DNA of 64,000 bases, from positions 111,414,001-111,478,000 of the forward strand of contig OZ260663.1 in the NCBI GenBank assembly GCA_965285935.1. The letters run 5' to 3'. The position numbers and the translations under genes were made by a program. The stretch comes from Ophelia neglecta (Eukaryota). Each line of letters opens with the position of its first letter. Position 1 is the first letter of the stretch. The notes beneath the pieces are model-generated. The model ran no database searches. It worked only from the letters and a program-made list of their open reading frames with translations, and was not told the origin of the DNA. Of this stretch, positions 9,101-21,448 are shown in pieces.

Positions 9101-9428
9101 AAGAATTCATGAGAATGATAAATGTAAATACTGCAATGAGGTGGACTCAGTAGAACATTTCTTTTTTCAATGTCACACAATATATAATCTGTGGCAACAT
9201 GTAGAAGTGGACATTATGATAAAAGCCGAAAAACGTGTAAAACTATCAGTAGCAGAAATAATTTTCGGTATAAATCGCGACGTCTGTCCATCACTCAAAA
9301 TATATAAATATGTCAATTTACTAATTTTATTAGGCAAACTTTGTGTGACAAAATTCAAATACGGAAAATCTTGTAATTTATTACAAATATATGAACACGA
9401 TAGGTGTGTACGCAATTGTTACTTATAA
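6111..9428 (+). pseudogene. Tx1/L1 ORF2, 3' segment (endonuclease C-half, reverse transcriptase, C-terminal zinc-binding domain), multiple stops and frameshifts
   Basis: GGDFN, RRLDYIF, TDHRG, NNWRPI, DFRKAFDS, GCPLSPMLF, QFADD and CKYCNEVDSVEHFFFQC are spread over broken ORFs (6570..6761, 7713..8456, 8475..9428). Confidence 0.93.
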
Positions 9429-12400
9429 GAAACTTATAGTATTGATCAAATGATGTAATTTGTATTAATTCGATGTAACACGAAATTTAAATATGGAAAA
9501 TAAACTTTGATTTAAAAAAAAATAAAATAAAAATAAATATTTATAAATCAATATCTGCATTATTTGTTTCAGTTGCCTAAGTGGTTCTTTGCATGAGCTA
9601 ATGCTAATTCAAACAAACCTAACATGATGCGGACGTAGGCTCATGTGTAAAAGCCAGTACTCATACATAAGGCCAGTTATGTCTTTATTGTAACACACAG
9701 ATGATCATTATAGTAGCACACCCAACTTTTATTAATATATGCGGACACTTTTGGAGAATATTGGGTTTTCCGTCAACTGTCGAGTTGAATTAAGAACCAG
9801 TAAGGAACAAGAGCACGAAATTTAACATAATAAACCATCTGGCGAGATGTCTTGTGGATTGTATATGATACGCAGGCACATATTTAGCAATATAGAAGAA
9901 GTGCGTCTTAAATTCCTTCAGTTAATGTGCCATTTAAAATACATGATATGCATTGCAGTTAGTGTTGGGACAAGACCTACAAATCAACTTTTACATCTAG
10001 AGATTCAAATTGTACATTCTGCGTTTAATAATTAACCAGTTAAGGTGACCAATATAATATAATATAATATACCAAGCTTCAATACAAATGGTGTATTTTA
10101 ATGGTGCCGGTACAATTGTACAACAGGTGCCCCCTTATCAAATATGGTTTGTATAAGGTATGGACGCACATTATTTCTACCATGATAAATGACGAATTGG
10201 CGTGTACAATACAGCATTCAATCCTTTTGTTTACCTTTCTAAAGGCGGAATCGTCCATTGTAAGGCAAGGAATATACGAAAATAACCGAGACATATAACA
10301 TATAACTTGTATTAATTAGATTTGTGCTCAGATGCTATATTCAGCCATTGTACCTGACAGTTACTTATAGAACCAAACAGAAAACTATCGGTCTTGCCTA
10401 TATATAATAAGACTTTATTATCTACGAAACATTCAAAGACTTCAAATTCTGACGCAATTCTCCTTTCAATTGATTTGTCCTATTCGTTAGTATGCATCCA
10501 CAACTGGCAAGGTTCATCTTCTTAACGTCACACGGATAATCTGGTGGGACATATAACGTAGGGGTGATTCTGGATTACACAAGGGTAGAAGTGTAATATA
10601 TAGGTCCGTTGCTAACAGTTTTTAACAAACGAGGAGAGAAATAAATATACATAGGGCATTTCGGGACACCAAACTGTTGTGAATAGTAGCTTGGATTGAC
10701 GCAATGTGAAGCAATCTGGACCTAGCAGGAAGGAACATTTAATGCATTCAAAATTATTTTGTTGTGGCCAGATTCTCTCGTTGGTATCGTTGGTTGGTTT
10801 TCGATAATTTACTAGTAATAAATTTCATTCGTTAGAAGCAGTCTGTTGTCATATCTAATTATACGAAATACACATATTTAAAAAAAAAACACAAATAACG
10901 GCATTGCAACATATACCGCTTTAAGCTGTCGGTATATTTGGGATTCTAGTTATTGTCTTTTATTCACTGTTTACCAGCAATTGTTTTCCTTATATGGATA
11001 ATTCATGTTTCCCTTTTGGGCAAGCCTGGCTATTTTAGTCTTCAACTAGCCTTAAGCATGCCTTCGTAAATGGAATCCACAGACTTGTATATGTGAAAGA
11101 AGTTTGACATTTGAGTAGTTTCACCCTAATGAGGCATTGTAATTGATTTCGTAAACACGTACAGCACCCTTCTGACATTTGTAACAATAAGTTTCCATAA
11201 GGGGTTATTTGTTTTGTCAAAACTTCCACCATAATTGACAGATAATAATATGGTGGGGAAATGAGGAGCAAAGAAACGCCATTTATGTTGGCACATCGCG
11301 TAAGATAATGCTAATTATGGGAGAAGTGGGTTGATTAACTTCCGCCGCACACTTGAGTAGTGCCTCGATCAAAGTTTCCTCTTCACCTGGAATGGACTCG
11401 ACAGCCTATTACTATGTCGACAAAAGGCCGACTTTCGTGTAACAAACCATCTTCATTGAACAAACCATTGAAAACATGCACATAGGAAAATCCTGTACTC
11501 AAATGATGTCGAGGATTCATGCTTTGCGGCCCTGCGGATGTTAGTCCCCGATTAATGCGGCCAATTAAATGACCACAAAGAAATTGAAATTTTCTTATTC
11601 ACCAGTTTAATGCTGCCTGCATGTGTATTTGCTGCTTCGGTATAACATAATTTACATTATATAATGTTACACTGATTTAACTATGTTCCAGGTGCCAAGT
11701 TCATAAGCTCGCCATCTTCTGCACTGTTTGTTCAGTGTATATAGAAACATTTTGTTTCGTTAATTATGAAAAGGAATCCCTGCTGGAGAAATTCGAGTTC
11801 GTTCTTCATTTAAAACAATTTATAGCTTTCAACGCAATCTTATCAGCATCTGCGAAACGGATGTTATTAAGTTTTCTCAACACATCTCGTTATATATTAA
11901 GTGGCAATGCTTATCGGTTTATTTTCTTACCAATGCTAATAATAGAATAAGTGCTAAAATTGAAAAGGCTAATTCAATTTGTGACAACTTTAAACCTACT
12001 AAGTGACCACTTTAATAGCCATCAACTGGACAAACAGTGTATAACGCATCCATACTCACCAGACCGAGTTTGTGCTGAATGCGATGTGTATAATTTCAGC
12101 TCATAGTTAAATAACAATTTAAAGGTTCAGAATGACACTGTAGGTGCATAGATTTGTGAAACGGTTTTTTCTTATTTAATTACTGTGATTCCTTCTTATT
12201 TGCACGTTATTGTTTTAGTGCTAAAACAATCAGCTTATTTTGGTCTAACTGCAGACTGAATCCTGCTTCTTATATCAATTCTATCAAAACGCCCATATTT
12301 TCAGTCAATTGTCTACAGATGCATTCTAATTATTTCATATATGCACCGTTGGCACATGTGATTCGCTCGAGCATATCACATTTGACTTGGGTCGCTTATT

Positions 12401-13186
12401 ATATTATATAATTCGGCTTGAAAGGAACAGCTATAATACAATCAATCAGTGAAATGCCCCATTATTGTCTACCATATGCCTTACGCAAATGGCACTTTGT
12501 CAACATTGTCAATAATGTCACTATTCAGTATTAGTATACAGCATGCGGTCGGAGGATATTCATAAAAACTAGTGCAAACACGAATTAACAAATGTATGCC
12601 AGTTCAAATTGGTTTGGAAAAGTATGTTATAATTTGAAATGTCCCGAATTCTACAGTTTATTTATAATAAAAAGATGAATGGAGAGGGGGGAATGTAGGC
12701 AACCTTGCGTAATTTTGTGATAGGTGTGACTATTGTGGAGGGGGTGGACTTTTTAGCTGCATTACTTACGCCAGGAAGCTGTGTGTGTGTGTGGGGGGGG
12801 GGGTGCGGTTATGATTGTCTTCTATATGTTTTTTTAATTATGATATTACTGGTTCTTGTGTCTTATCATAAACATGGCAGATTTAAAACACCTGCTCATT
12901 TTCAACCTTGCCAACGACAAAATGGTGCTAACATGTTCATTATTTTGACCATTAATTGAATAATGTGAAGTTCCTAGAATATGGCATGTATAAATATGAA
13001 TAATATCATAATGTATTATAATATAAAAGATGCCAAAACGGAAATGTTTATTTAAATTATTTGCATGAAAGTTCAGAATGCAGCCAGGAAAGTACTAATT
13101 GCCAAACAGGATGTGATACGGCTTATTTATTTTTCACTATGGTTAGTTCCAATCTATTTCTCAATTATTTATCCTAAAATCCCGTC

Positions 13187-13562
13187 TTGTCTTGTTTTAT
13201 GTTGATTAGCTCGTACCCATTGTAAAACAAGGAATAAAGGGCAATCAGTCTCTATAATAAAATTCAATTGTGCCGACACCCCATGTTATGAGTCCCTTAT
13301 AAATGAATTTCAGATTAGAATGTATAAGAACCTATTATAAATCTATTTCACTGCTATCACCATAGTTGTTGTTTTAACTAATATATGAGTTTTGGGATTA
13401 ATGTAATATAATAAATATAAATGAAATCAATAGGGTCTTATAACATGGGGTGGGGGCATACTTGAATTTGATTATAAAGACTATTTTTGCCCTTTAGTCG
13501 GATTTAATCATTGCTTTCTTTACAATAGGTTAAATAGAGTTAATCGACATAAAAGTAGACAA
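13187..13562. mobile_element. Old foldback/MITE-like element with ~120-140 bp imperfect terminal inverted repeats
   Basis: The left arm ttgtcttgttttatgttgattagctc...taaagggcaatcagtctctataataaaattcaattgtgccgacaccccatgttatgagtccc matches the reverse complement of 13431..13562 (ttgtctacttttatgtcgattaactc...taaagggcaaaaatagtctttataatcaaattcaagtatgcccccaccccatgttataagaccc). No ORF and no clear TSD. Confidence 0.75.
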
Positions 13563-15409
13563 AACCATATATTCCTTTTGAAATTCGTACATGCTTGCCC
13601 GGACTCACTTGCTACGAACGGTGGATTGCACAATACTGCCAATGGCCAAGTTGGCCTCCACTATGTTTTTTTCAACAGTCAATTAATATGGTAATTGAGC
13701 TGGAGAAATACTCACTTAGACAAGAACAAGTTAAACGACAGGTGAGCTACTCACACAACTGCAATAAAGCAGAATGTAAAATAAAAGCATACTCCAGTAA
13801 AACTAAAGATCTTGTGTTGTTAACTTCTTAGTTTATTAGTTGGTTTAGTCTGCCGGGCGCCCTCTCTAGGTTCTTCAGTCCTTGATCGGCAGAAGCTGTT
13901 TTATGAATTTACACGGAAGTAATTATATGTTGTTTTAAGTAAGCCTCGGAACTCTAGGTCACTTGGCATGGTTGACCCAAGTAGTCATTTAATTGCCCCT
14001 CTGGCCATTAAAAACTGTGTTAATAATAACAGAAATATAGTCTTAAAGTAAACCTCATAATGCACATGATTATAACACCCTCTTTTACTCCTATTTGTCA
14101 AATCAGTTTCGTGGCTCGACTTTTAGCTATATCCCACTTCTCCAACGCTTGTTTTAATACAAATATTGATACGTTTTGTTGATGTGTGTTGCAACTTCTA
14201 TAAATGAACATTAATCCACAATTTTCCTTGGTGTTTGGCATCTATTGACCTGCAACCTTCAATAAATAAGAGGCGGGTTGGCACCCGATGCCACATTGTA
14301 AACGGCATGCACTTGACCATTCGCGAGGGAAAAAAACAAAGGCATCCAATTGGTGTGGTTACTGGGGGATAATTAAATAAATCACTGATGCATAACAAAA
14401 AGAGTCCACAGAAGTTGCATCAATTAAGATACCTGAAGGTATAATCGTTCCGTAGAGTGCTATTCCTATGAAAAATGAGGGGCCAGTTAATTGTAGAACA
14501 AAACCTGTTATTTCCTGACTCTGTTACGTCTCTTCATATCATTTGTGTACAAGGCATACAGATACACGTAATACAATAATATGCTCAACAGAGATACTTG
14601 CCCGGGAAGCCATCTTATTCTATTGCCCTGGTATTATAGACATTATCCCTACACACGCGAGTAGCCAATCTGTTTACTCATTATTAGGTTAAATTGAGTC
14701 GTGGACCCCAAAATAACATTTTGCTTGGTTTTAGAAGAAATCGTCTTGTATACTGAATGTTATATGTGGGAAAATTATGTGTGGGAATAGATCTATTAAA
14801 TGCAAGTTATCGGCTTAATATGAAGTTGGTTTTCAGGTTAGGATATGGGCGATTCTGCTGTTAGAAAGGTAAACGCAAGATAAAATGTTCTGTATCGTGA
14901 ACGCCAATTCATAAATTGTGACGTGAGAAAATGTTCTTTAACTGGCTTAAAATGTCTTCAATTTTAAAAATTGAATGTGACTCCCATGTTCTGTAGAAAT
15001 GCAAATGTTTGCTATGGCTTTATTATGCGGAATTGGCGAGGACGAGAGAAAAAGGGTTCATCGCAAATAAATTTCAGTTCATCCATTTACTGAAGAAGTT
15101 GAAACATTGGACTTGGATTTTTTGAGTTTTAACAAGACATAAGCGCTATGTGGACAATTTAGTGTATTTAGTATGGTATATTGCATGTTAATATCTCAAC
15201 TGCGTTTATTCGTGTTAACATGCAGTAAATGTATCTGCGATATGTTATTGAGCTTTATTGGGAAAAAATATTCTAAATATATGGATCAGAGATCTTTGCT
15301 CCGATTAAAAAGCATAAGTGAAGGTCCATTAAACGTTTGTTGGCGAATGTATCGGAAAAAAGGGTTTTGAAACCCTCAACATTTAAAAATCGCTATCACA
15401 CTCGAGATC

Positions 15410-15990
15410 TACTACATTTTGAGGTGGACGCCTATAGCTCTCGAGTATTGAAGGATCTATTGTGGACAACATTTTCAAATAGAGTTTTTAAGTTATCAAC
15501 ATTATAAAAACCTTTTTTAGTTTCGGTGAAATCTCTGCACTCCAACAGAATATGTTAGGTGGTGATGTGGTACTGACAGCCGTCAAAAAATGGGCATCGT
15601 CTCTCTTCAGGAGATTAGAGGGTGTAAAATAGGAGTAGCCAAATCGCAGACGAGCTATAATTAAATCGTCTGTCCATGAAGCAAGAGGCTGCCTAAAACA
15701 GTTTGGTATGGTGTGGCAGATCACGTGTAATTTGTTTTCTGTTGCTTGATCCCAGGATGCCTGTCATAGTGTCAGCAATATGCCTTGATGGGGCTTTTAT
15801 TGTCAGAAAATGGCATTTTGACTGGGAAGATTGTATCTTCAAGGGCCTCTTTCGCACATTTGTCGGCAGCCTCGTTGCTTTTGCTGCATACATGGCTCGT
15901 CACCCAAAGGAGAACAATGGTTTTACCTCCGGTGAGGATTTTTTTTTATAAATTATTAAGATGGCAGTAATATGAGCCATTTTAACCGGT
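15410..15990 (-). mobile_element. 5'-truncated, degenerate I-group (Nimb-like) LINE: end of RNase H and C-terminal CCHC domain
   Basis: Manual translation gives GKTIVLLWVTSHVCSKSNEAADKCAKEAL (RNase H WVPSHxGIxGNExAD motif), IIARLRFGYSYFT and GCQYHITT*HILLECRDF...LKTLFENV. Confidence 0.85.
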
Positions 15991-16693
15991 ATGAAAAAGG
16001 ACAAGCATACTGTGTAATACAACGGGGTAGAATGACTTCATGTCACCTAAGATGTAAATACTAAACGCCCCTACATAACCAATTAAATACAATTCAATCC
16101 TTAAATAATTCATAAATAACATACAATAAGTATTTAGTTACGATTCAATTGAATTACTTACTATGAAATGGAAGAACATAGTGGAAGATTCAGATTCAGA
16201 TTCAGAACATTTTATTTGACCAAAAAACAATCATAACACAAGAAACTAAGTCATTATGCTAATTATAAACCAACACGCATGCCGAGAAACCACCGAGACG
16301 CGACGGGAACCCCCCAGCCACGCAGGACAGGACGCAAGGTCACCACCAAATATGAGACCCCGCACCATGCCCCCCGAGGCCGAGAAGCACCCGCGACCCC
16401 CAGCGAATCCCCAACATGCGCGTAACTAGATGTAGATATATACAGTTAAGGAATATGGTCAGGGAGACTGCCATTAAGTCTTGGAAAAGACGCTAGCATG
16501 ACAGCCACCCCAGAATATATATATATATAACACTTATATAAGCTTAATGGACATGACTTTAAAGATGAAGGACATAACACATCCAAAATAAGCAAATATG
16601 TCAATAAAATGTCGATGGAACAAACAAAAACAAAAGAAAGAAAAAAAAAACACATGAAAATACGTGACAACAACTGCAACAATACCATTTTAT

Positions 16694-16827
16694 ATGGGAA
16701 TTAATGAAAGAGAGTATTTAACAAGAAAATATTAATATCAACCAACATTAAACCACATTGATGGGAATTAATGAAAGAGAGTATTAAACAAGAAAATATT
16801 AATATTAACTAATATTAAACATCATTG
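16694..16827. repeat. 67-bp tandem duplication spanning the ORF2 stop and proximal 3'UTR
   Basis: atgggaattaatgaaagagagtatt(t/a)aacaagaaaatattaatat... occurs at 16694 and 16761. Confidence 0.85.
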
Positions 16828-19800
16828 ATGTCCAACGTATTTTGGAGGTTACATGTTTGACAAACATAACAGTTTACAACAGTACAGTCAACAGAATAGC
16901 AGTTTATTAAGAAAGACTTTATATATTTTGCAAAACCATGTAAGCTATGTGTGTATACCATGTCCTTAATATGATCTGGTATTTCATTTAAAATATGAAT
17001 AATCTTAAATCTGATACATTTTTTGGCAAACTCGTGTTTTACCAGACCTTGGTAATATCTGGATTTATTTCTAGTATCATACGAGTGAATTTCTGATACA
17101 TGCTGTATATTGAACTGTGTGAAGTAATATGGAATACTATTATTCACATATTTGAAATAGAATTTCAAGGCACAAAGTTTATAAATATCCTCTGATTTTA
17201 GTAGATTCAATCGTTTAAAGATTGGTAAGGTGTGTGATATGTAAGAGCTGTTTGTAATGATGCGGACTACTTTTTTCTGCAATTTATCTATTCTAGTAGT
17301 TTCTAAACCCCAAGCAAGAATACAATAATTCAAATGTGGCAAAATAAGAGTGTTGTAAATAGTTCTCAAAACTTCCCGAGGAAGAATGAGCTTTATTCTA
17401 TTAAGAACTCCAATAGTTTTAGAAATCTTATTTGATATTTTATTCAAATGATCATTCCAATTCATGTATTTGTTCAAATTTAGACCAAGAAAATTGAAAT
17501 CATCCACACACTCTACTTCCACCGCATCCATAAATAGTCTAGGAATCATTATCCTCTTTCCCGGCATGTGAGAAATCATAAATTTGGTTTTAGCTGTGTT
17601 TAAGGATAATTTGTTCAGCCTGAGCCATTCACTAATTTTTGCCAATTCAGAATTTATAATGTCACCGACGGCAAGAGATAAGTCCAAGTGCTTGAACATA
17701 CTAAGTGTGCTGGATAACGTAGTGTCATCTGCATATATGATAGTTTGAAATAAGTTACTGACAGTACTGATGTCATTCATGTAAATAATAAAGAGTAGAG
17801 GACCCATAATTGATCCTTGTGGGACGCCTGTAGCAATAGAGGCCGTATCAGAGCGAGTGTTATTTATGTGGACAAGCTGTTTACGGTCATTTAAATAGCT
17901 TCTAAGAAGATCCAAAGAAGAGCCTGAAATACCATAATAGTTTAATTTATAAAGTAAGATATCGTGATTTAACGTGTCAAACGCTTTAGATAGATCCATA
18001 AAAATATTAAGCGGAGTTTCATCCTTATCTAACTCATTTACTATTCTATCAATCAATTCTAAAGCAGCAAACTCCGTAGAGTGCTGTTTTCTGAATCCAT
18101 ATTGACTGTAGCAAAACAATTTATAATGCTCAAAGTATTCATGTAATTGGTCGGCAATGATTCTTTCAAATATCTTGGATACAGTTGGAAGGACAGATAT
18201 GGGACGATAATTCTCAAATAAAGTGCTGTCGCCTTTCTTAAAAATCGGTGTAACTTTCGCAATTTTAAGTTTATTTGGAAATATTCCTGAAGCAAAAGAT
18301 TGATTAATTACTTTAGTTAAAGGGCAAACAAGTTCATGTTTAATTTGTTTCAATAATATAGAGGACAACCCGTCCAAACCGCAACTACTTTTTGATTTCA
18401 TTTTGTCTATCTGAGAAGAAACAGTCAATTCTGACACTGGCTTAAATATAAATGTATTTGGAGAAGGGGTTTTAAGGTAATAGTGGAGAGATTTGTTAGA
18501 GTTATTTGTTAATTTTGATGCTAAACTAGGACCGATATTGATGAAGTATTTATTAAATTCATTGGCGACAACCTGTGGGTCAGAAACTAGTAGACCATTT
18601 ATGTTAAATTTATCAGGGTATGATTTAGTTACCCTCTGCCTATTTAAGATTTCATTTATTGTTGACCATGTGTTTTTCATATCGCCTTTGAATTTTGTGA
18701 AGCGCGAATTATAGTAGTTACGTTTAGCCAATCTAATATTGCGGTTAAGAATTGTATTGTATGTATCTAGGTTTGTTTTAAGTGTGCTATATTGTGGTGT
18801 ATTCTGTAATGTTGATTTCACCCTTTTATACAGCTTATCTCTAAATGTAATAGATCTAATGAGCCCCTGAGTAATCCATTTTGATTTTTTATGCCTGTGC
18901 TTGTTATATTTAACCCACTTTGGTTGCAAATGTTTATTGTATGAATCTGTGATAATTTTATCAATGACATTATAATTAGAATTAGGGTCAGCAGATTCGT
19001 TTGGATCAATATTTGCCATTATTTGTTGGTTAACAATTTCAGTTTTAAAGCGTTCAATAGATTGAGGGTTTTGTTGACTTATCTCAATGTAAGCAGGGGA
19101 AATTTTGCGAGTGTGTATCATATTATTAATAGCAATATAATACGGATGATGATCTGATATTTGACTTAATAAAATACCACAAGTCGAATCGTACATTCTA
19201 GTACTCAGTTTACAGATAAAATTGTCTATTAATGTTGCACTGCATTTAGAGAATCTAGTTGGAAGTGTAATTTTAGGATAAAAACTGTGAGAGGTAAGAT
19301 TGTCGAAATATTCAGCAAATACAGGTTTTTCATTTATCTTTAATAAATCAATATTGTAATCTCCAGCAAGTAGGGCTTCGCAATTAGTTTTCTCTAAACT
19401 CAGAAGTACACCGCCAAATTCTTCAATGAACAATCTATAATTATCAAGCAGATCTCTAGGTGGTCTGTATATATTGCCTATCACAACCTTTCTTTGAATA
19501 CAGGGTCCGGTTACCTCTATGAATTGACCCTCCCAGACTGTTGAGGACTTACATAAATCCAGTACATTATAATCATAACATTCCTTCAGATATATAAGAA
19601 GGCCACCATGAGCTGAGCACATTTTACTTTGTGATATCATCTTATAGCCATCTAGTTGCAACAGTGACAAATCTGAGCCTTCAGAGAGCCAGGTTTCCTG
19701 GAAGCAGATAGCACTAAATGAGGTATTACAGGTATTTAGTTCTTCAAGAAAAATCTGGATCTGGTCGAATTTTGCATTTATACTCTGACAATTCATGCTA

Positions 19801-19997
19801 AGTACACTAAAGGCACTATGTTTATTAGCTAATATACTAGAAAGTTCATCTGTTTCGTGATATGGAGATAGCTGAATTATATCTGCCTCGTTATCAGCTG
19901 ACAATTCGTCACTAGAGCAGCCAGGGTTCAATATATAATTTAAGGAGTTATTATTTAAACCTCCAAATGTCTTCAAAAATGTATTGGCACTATCCAC
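16815..19997 (-). CDS. LINE ORF2: APE endonuclease + reverse transcriptase
   Basis: MNCQS, FQETWL, GNIYRPP, AGDYN, IDN and SDH (endonuclease); NYRPIS, QYGFR, DLSKAFD, GVPQGSIMGP and YADD (RT); C-terminal CTVVNCYVC. Starts at GTG. Confidence 0.96.
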   Translation of the reverse strand: MDSANTFLKTFGGLNNNSLNYILNPGCSSDELSADNEADIIQLSPYHETDELSSILANKHSAFSVLSMNCQSINAKFDQIQIFLEELNTCNTSFSAICFQETWLSEGSDLSLLQLDGYKMISQSKMCSAHGGLLIYLKECYDYNVLDLCKSSTVWEGQFIEVTGPCIQRKVVIGNIYRPPRDLLDNYRLFIEEFGGVLLSLEKTNCEALLAGDYNIDLLKINEKPVFAEYFDNLTSHSFYPKITLPTRFSKCSATLIDNFICKLSTRMYDSTCGILLSQISDHHPYYIAINNMIHTRKISPAYIEISQQNPQSIERFKTEIVNQQIMANIDPNESADPNSNYNVIDKIITDSYNKHLQPKWVKYNKHRHKKSKWITQGLIRSITFRDKLYKRVKSTLQNTPQYSTLKTNLDTYNTILNRNIRLAKRNYYNSRFTKFKGDMKNTWSTINEILNRQRVTKSYPDKFNINGLLVSDPQVVANEFNKYFINIGPSLASKLTNNSNKSLHYYLKTPSPNTFIFKPVSELTVSSQIDKMKSKSSCGLDGLSSILLKQIKHELVCPLTKVINQSFASGIFPNKLKIAKVTPIFKKGDSTLFENYRPISVLPTVSKIFERIIADQLHEYFEHYKLFCYSQYGFRKQHSTEFAALELIDRIVNELDKDETPLNIFMDLSKAFDTLNHDILLYKLNYYGISGSSLDLLRSYLNDRKQLVHINNTRSDTASIATGVPQGSIMGPLLFIIYMNDISTVSNLFQTIIYADDTTLSSTLSMFKHLDLSLAVGDIINSELAKISEWLRLNKLSLNTAKTKFMISHMPGKRIMIPRLFMDAVEVECVDDFNFLGLNLNKYMNWNDHLNKISNKISKTIGVLNRIKLILPREVLRTIYNTLILPHLNYCILAWGLETTRIDKLQKKVVRIITNSSYISHTLPIFKRLNLLKSEDIYKLCALKFYFKYVNNSIPYYFTQFNIQHVSEIHSYDTRNKSRYYQGLVKHEFAKKCIRFKIIHILNEIPDHIKDMVYTHSLHGFAKYIKSFLINCYSVDCTVVNCYVCQTCNLQNTLDINDV

Positions 19998-20262
19998 AGT
20001 ATGATGGAGATGTGAAAAGAATAAAATTTGCAGTTGCCGTCATATAATTAACATGCCCGTCCAAAAACAACCAGGTGCCAAAACAAAATAGAATAAATAG
20101 AAAATATACTGGATCTGAATATCCCAGAGAAAAACACATTACTATACAAATGGTAGGACATCTAATCATGTCCCACGGTGTGCACATGCCATCATTAGCC
20201 ATTGACACACTCTTCAGCATTGAAAGATGGAATAACAGGTGTGGTAAATGAGGATTAGACAT
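19990..20262 (-). CDS. Candidate small hydrophobic upstream ORF whose stop overlaps the ORF2 start
   Basis: 90 aa with an ATG start and a hydrophobic stretch (VYFLFILFCFGTWLFL). It ends ...CG* in TGTGGATAG, exactly as ORF 156..368 does in the related element. Confidence 0.35.
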   Translation of the reverse strand: MSNPHLPHLLFHLSMLKSVSMANDGMCTPWDMIRCPTICIVMCFSLGYSDPVYFLFILFCFGTWLFLDGHVNYMTATANFILFTSPSYCG

Positions 20263-20574
20263 TTAGGAACGCAAGTAGTACAAAAACAACGTATTTAGGA
20301 GTGTCTGTGCATTGGAGTCATGCAGAAAGATGCCTGACAAGCGTGTATACCAAGTGGACAGAGTAATATAGTGAGTCAGAGGCATAAATGATTCAATAGT
20401 CCACCAGGCCCATAGTGGTACAGGGGTCAAATAAAGTAGATCATAAAGGCGTATACATGTACATTTTCACCAGACCCCATCAAGTACCCACCGACATCAG
20501 GTAAGTCAGCAGAGTTAACTGTGAACAGTCATGTAATGTTAGGCCCAGTGTACACATTCACCCGGCATACCTGA

Positions 20575-20692
20575 GACAATATTTAAAGGTCAACCGCGGG
20601 GTCCTACAGATACAGAACAATGGTGTGTTTAAGACAATATTTAATGGTCAACCGCGGGGGTCAAAAAGAACAAAAAGGTGTGTTTAAGACAA
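20575..20692. repeat. ~58-bp imperfect tandem duplication just downstream of the ORF1 stop
   Basis: gacaatatttaa(a/t)ggtcaaccgcgggg...ggtgtgtttaa occurs at 20575 and 20633. Confidence 0.8.
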
Positions 20693-21448
20693 ACACTTAT
20701 CTAGTTCCTCCTCAGTTAACCTGTATGTCTTTAGTGGCCCAGTGCCCGGCGAATCCCTATATCTCAGTATCCTAGGAATAGTGAAGGGTATGAACGCGAT
20801 CCTGCCATTTTTTCGGATTTCCTTCATTTTAATCCTCAGGAGATCCTCTTCTTTTCTAGTTACTGCGTCAATGTCATCCGTAAAAAATAGGCCGGAATCC
20901 TTAAGAGCTTTATGAGCTCGTCTAAGAATGTTATCCCTGTCTGCCCAGTTGAGAAGTTTAGCGTGAATCATACGGGGTCTATCTTTACTTGGGTCAGGTT
21001 TAGATGGAGTCCTGTGTACCCGTTCAATGATGACATCTTTTAAGTTTAGTTTTTCCTCTAGTATGGTCTTAATATCAGCTTTAAGATGGTCGCTTGTTTC
21101 CTCGTGTCTCTCTGGCAGACCATGTAAGACAATGTTATTGCGCCTGCCTCGATTACTTAGGTCCACGATTTTCTTTTTCATTTCACGGACTTCAGTCTTA
21201 GGTACCATATCCCTCTTTAGAGAGTCTATCTCATGTTCCTTTTCAAATAGAGTTTCCTCTAAGTTTGCCAGCCCCCTCTCCAGATCAGTAATTCGAGAAT
21301 TGAAGTCCTTACAGTCACTTTCAATATCCCGCATACGTGTTTCCTGAGTGTCTAGCTTTTCCTCAATGGAAGTGACCTTTGCAAGGATCAGTGCCAGCGT
21401 TTGTTCCTGGGAGTTACCCCCCTGAGCCTGAGCCTGAGACAATGACAT
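20684..21448 (-). CDS. LINE ORF1 protein (coiled coil + L1-ORF1p/Transposase_22-like RNA-binding region)
   Basis: Heptad-rich N-half, then NRGRRNNIVLHGLPE, IERVHR, RPRMIHAKL and FFTDD. Intact 254 aa upstream of the EN-RT ORF2. Confidence 0.92.
   Translation of the reverse strand: MSLSQAQAQGGNSQEQTLALILAKVTSIEEKLDTQETRMRDIESDCKDFNSRITDLERGLANLEETLFEKEHEIDSLKRDMVPKTEVREMKKKIVDLSNRGRRNNIVLHGLPERHEETSDHLKADIKTILEEKLNLKDVIIERVHRTPSKPDPSKDRPRMIHAKLLNWADRDNILRRAHKALKDSGLFFTDDIDAVTRKEEDLLRIKMKEIRKNGRIAFIPFTIPRILRYRDSPGTGPLKTYRLTEEELDKCLS

Larger units (their letters stand above)
1800..9537 (+). mobile_element. Decayed Tx1/L1-clade LINE, 5' part of ORF1 missing or displaced, interrupted by an LTR element
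   Basis: Low-complexity/basic ORF1 tail (1840..2297). ORF2 has an APE endonuclease, WVTDGEKNTKYFLGLEK (~6812), RT motifs and a C-terminal CKYC...HFFFQC. AATAAA at 9499..9504 is followed by an A-rich tail at 9514..9537. Confidence 0.92.
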
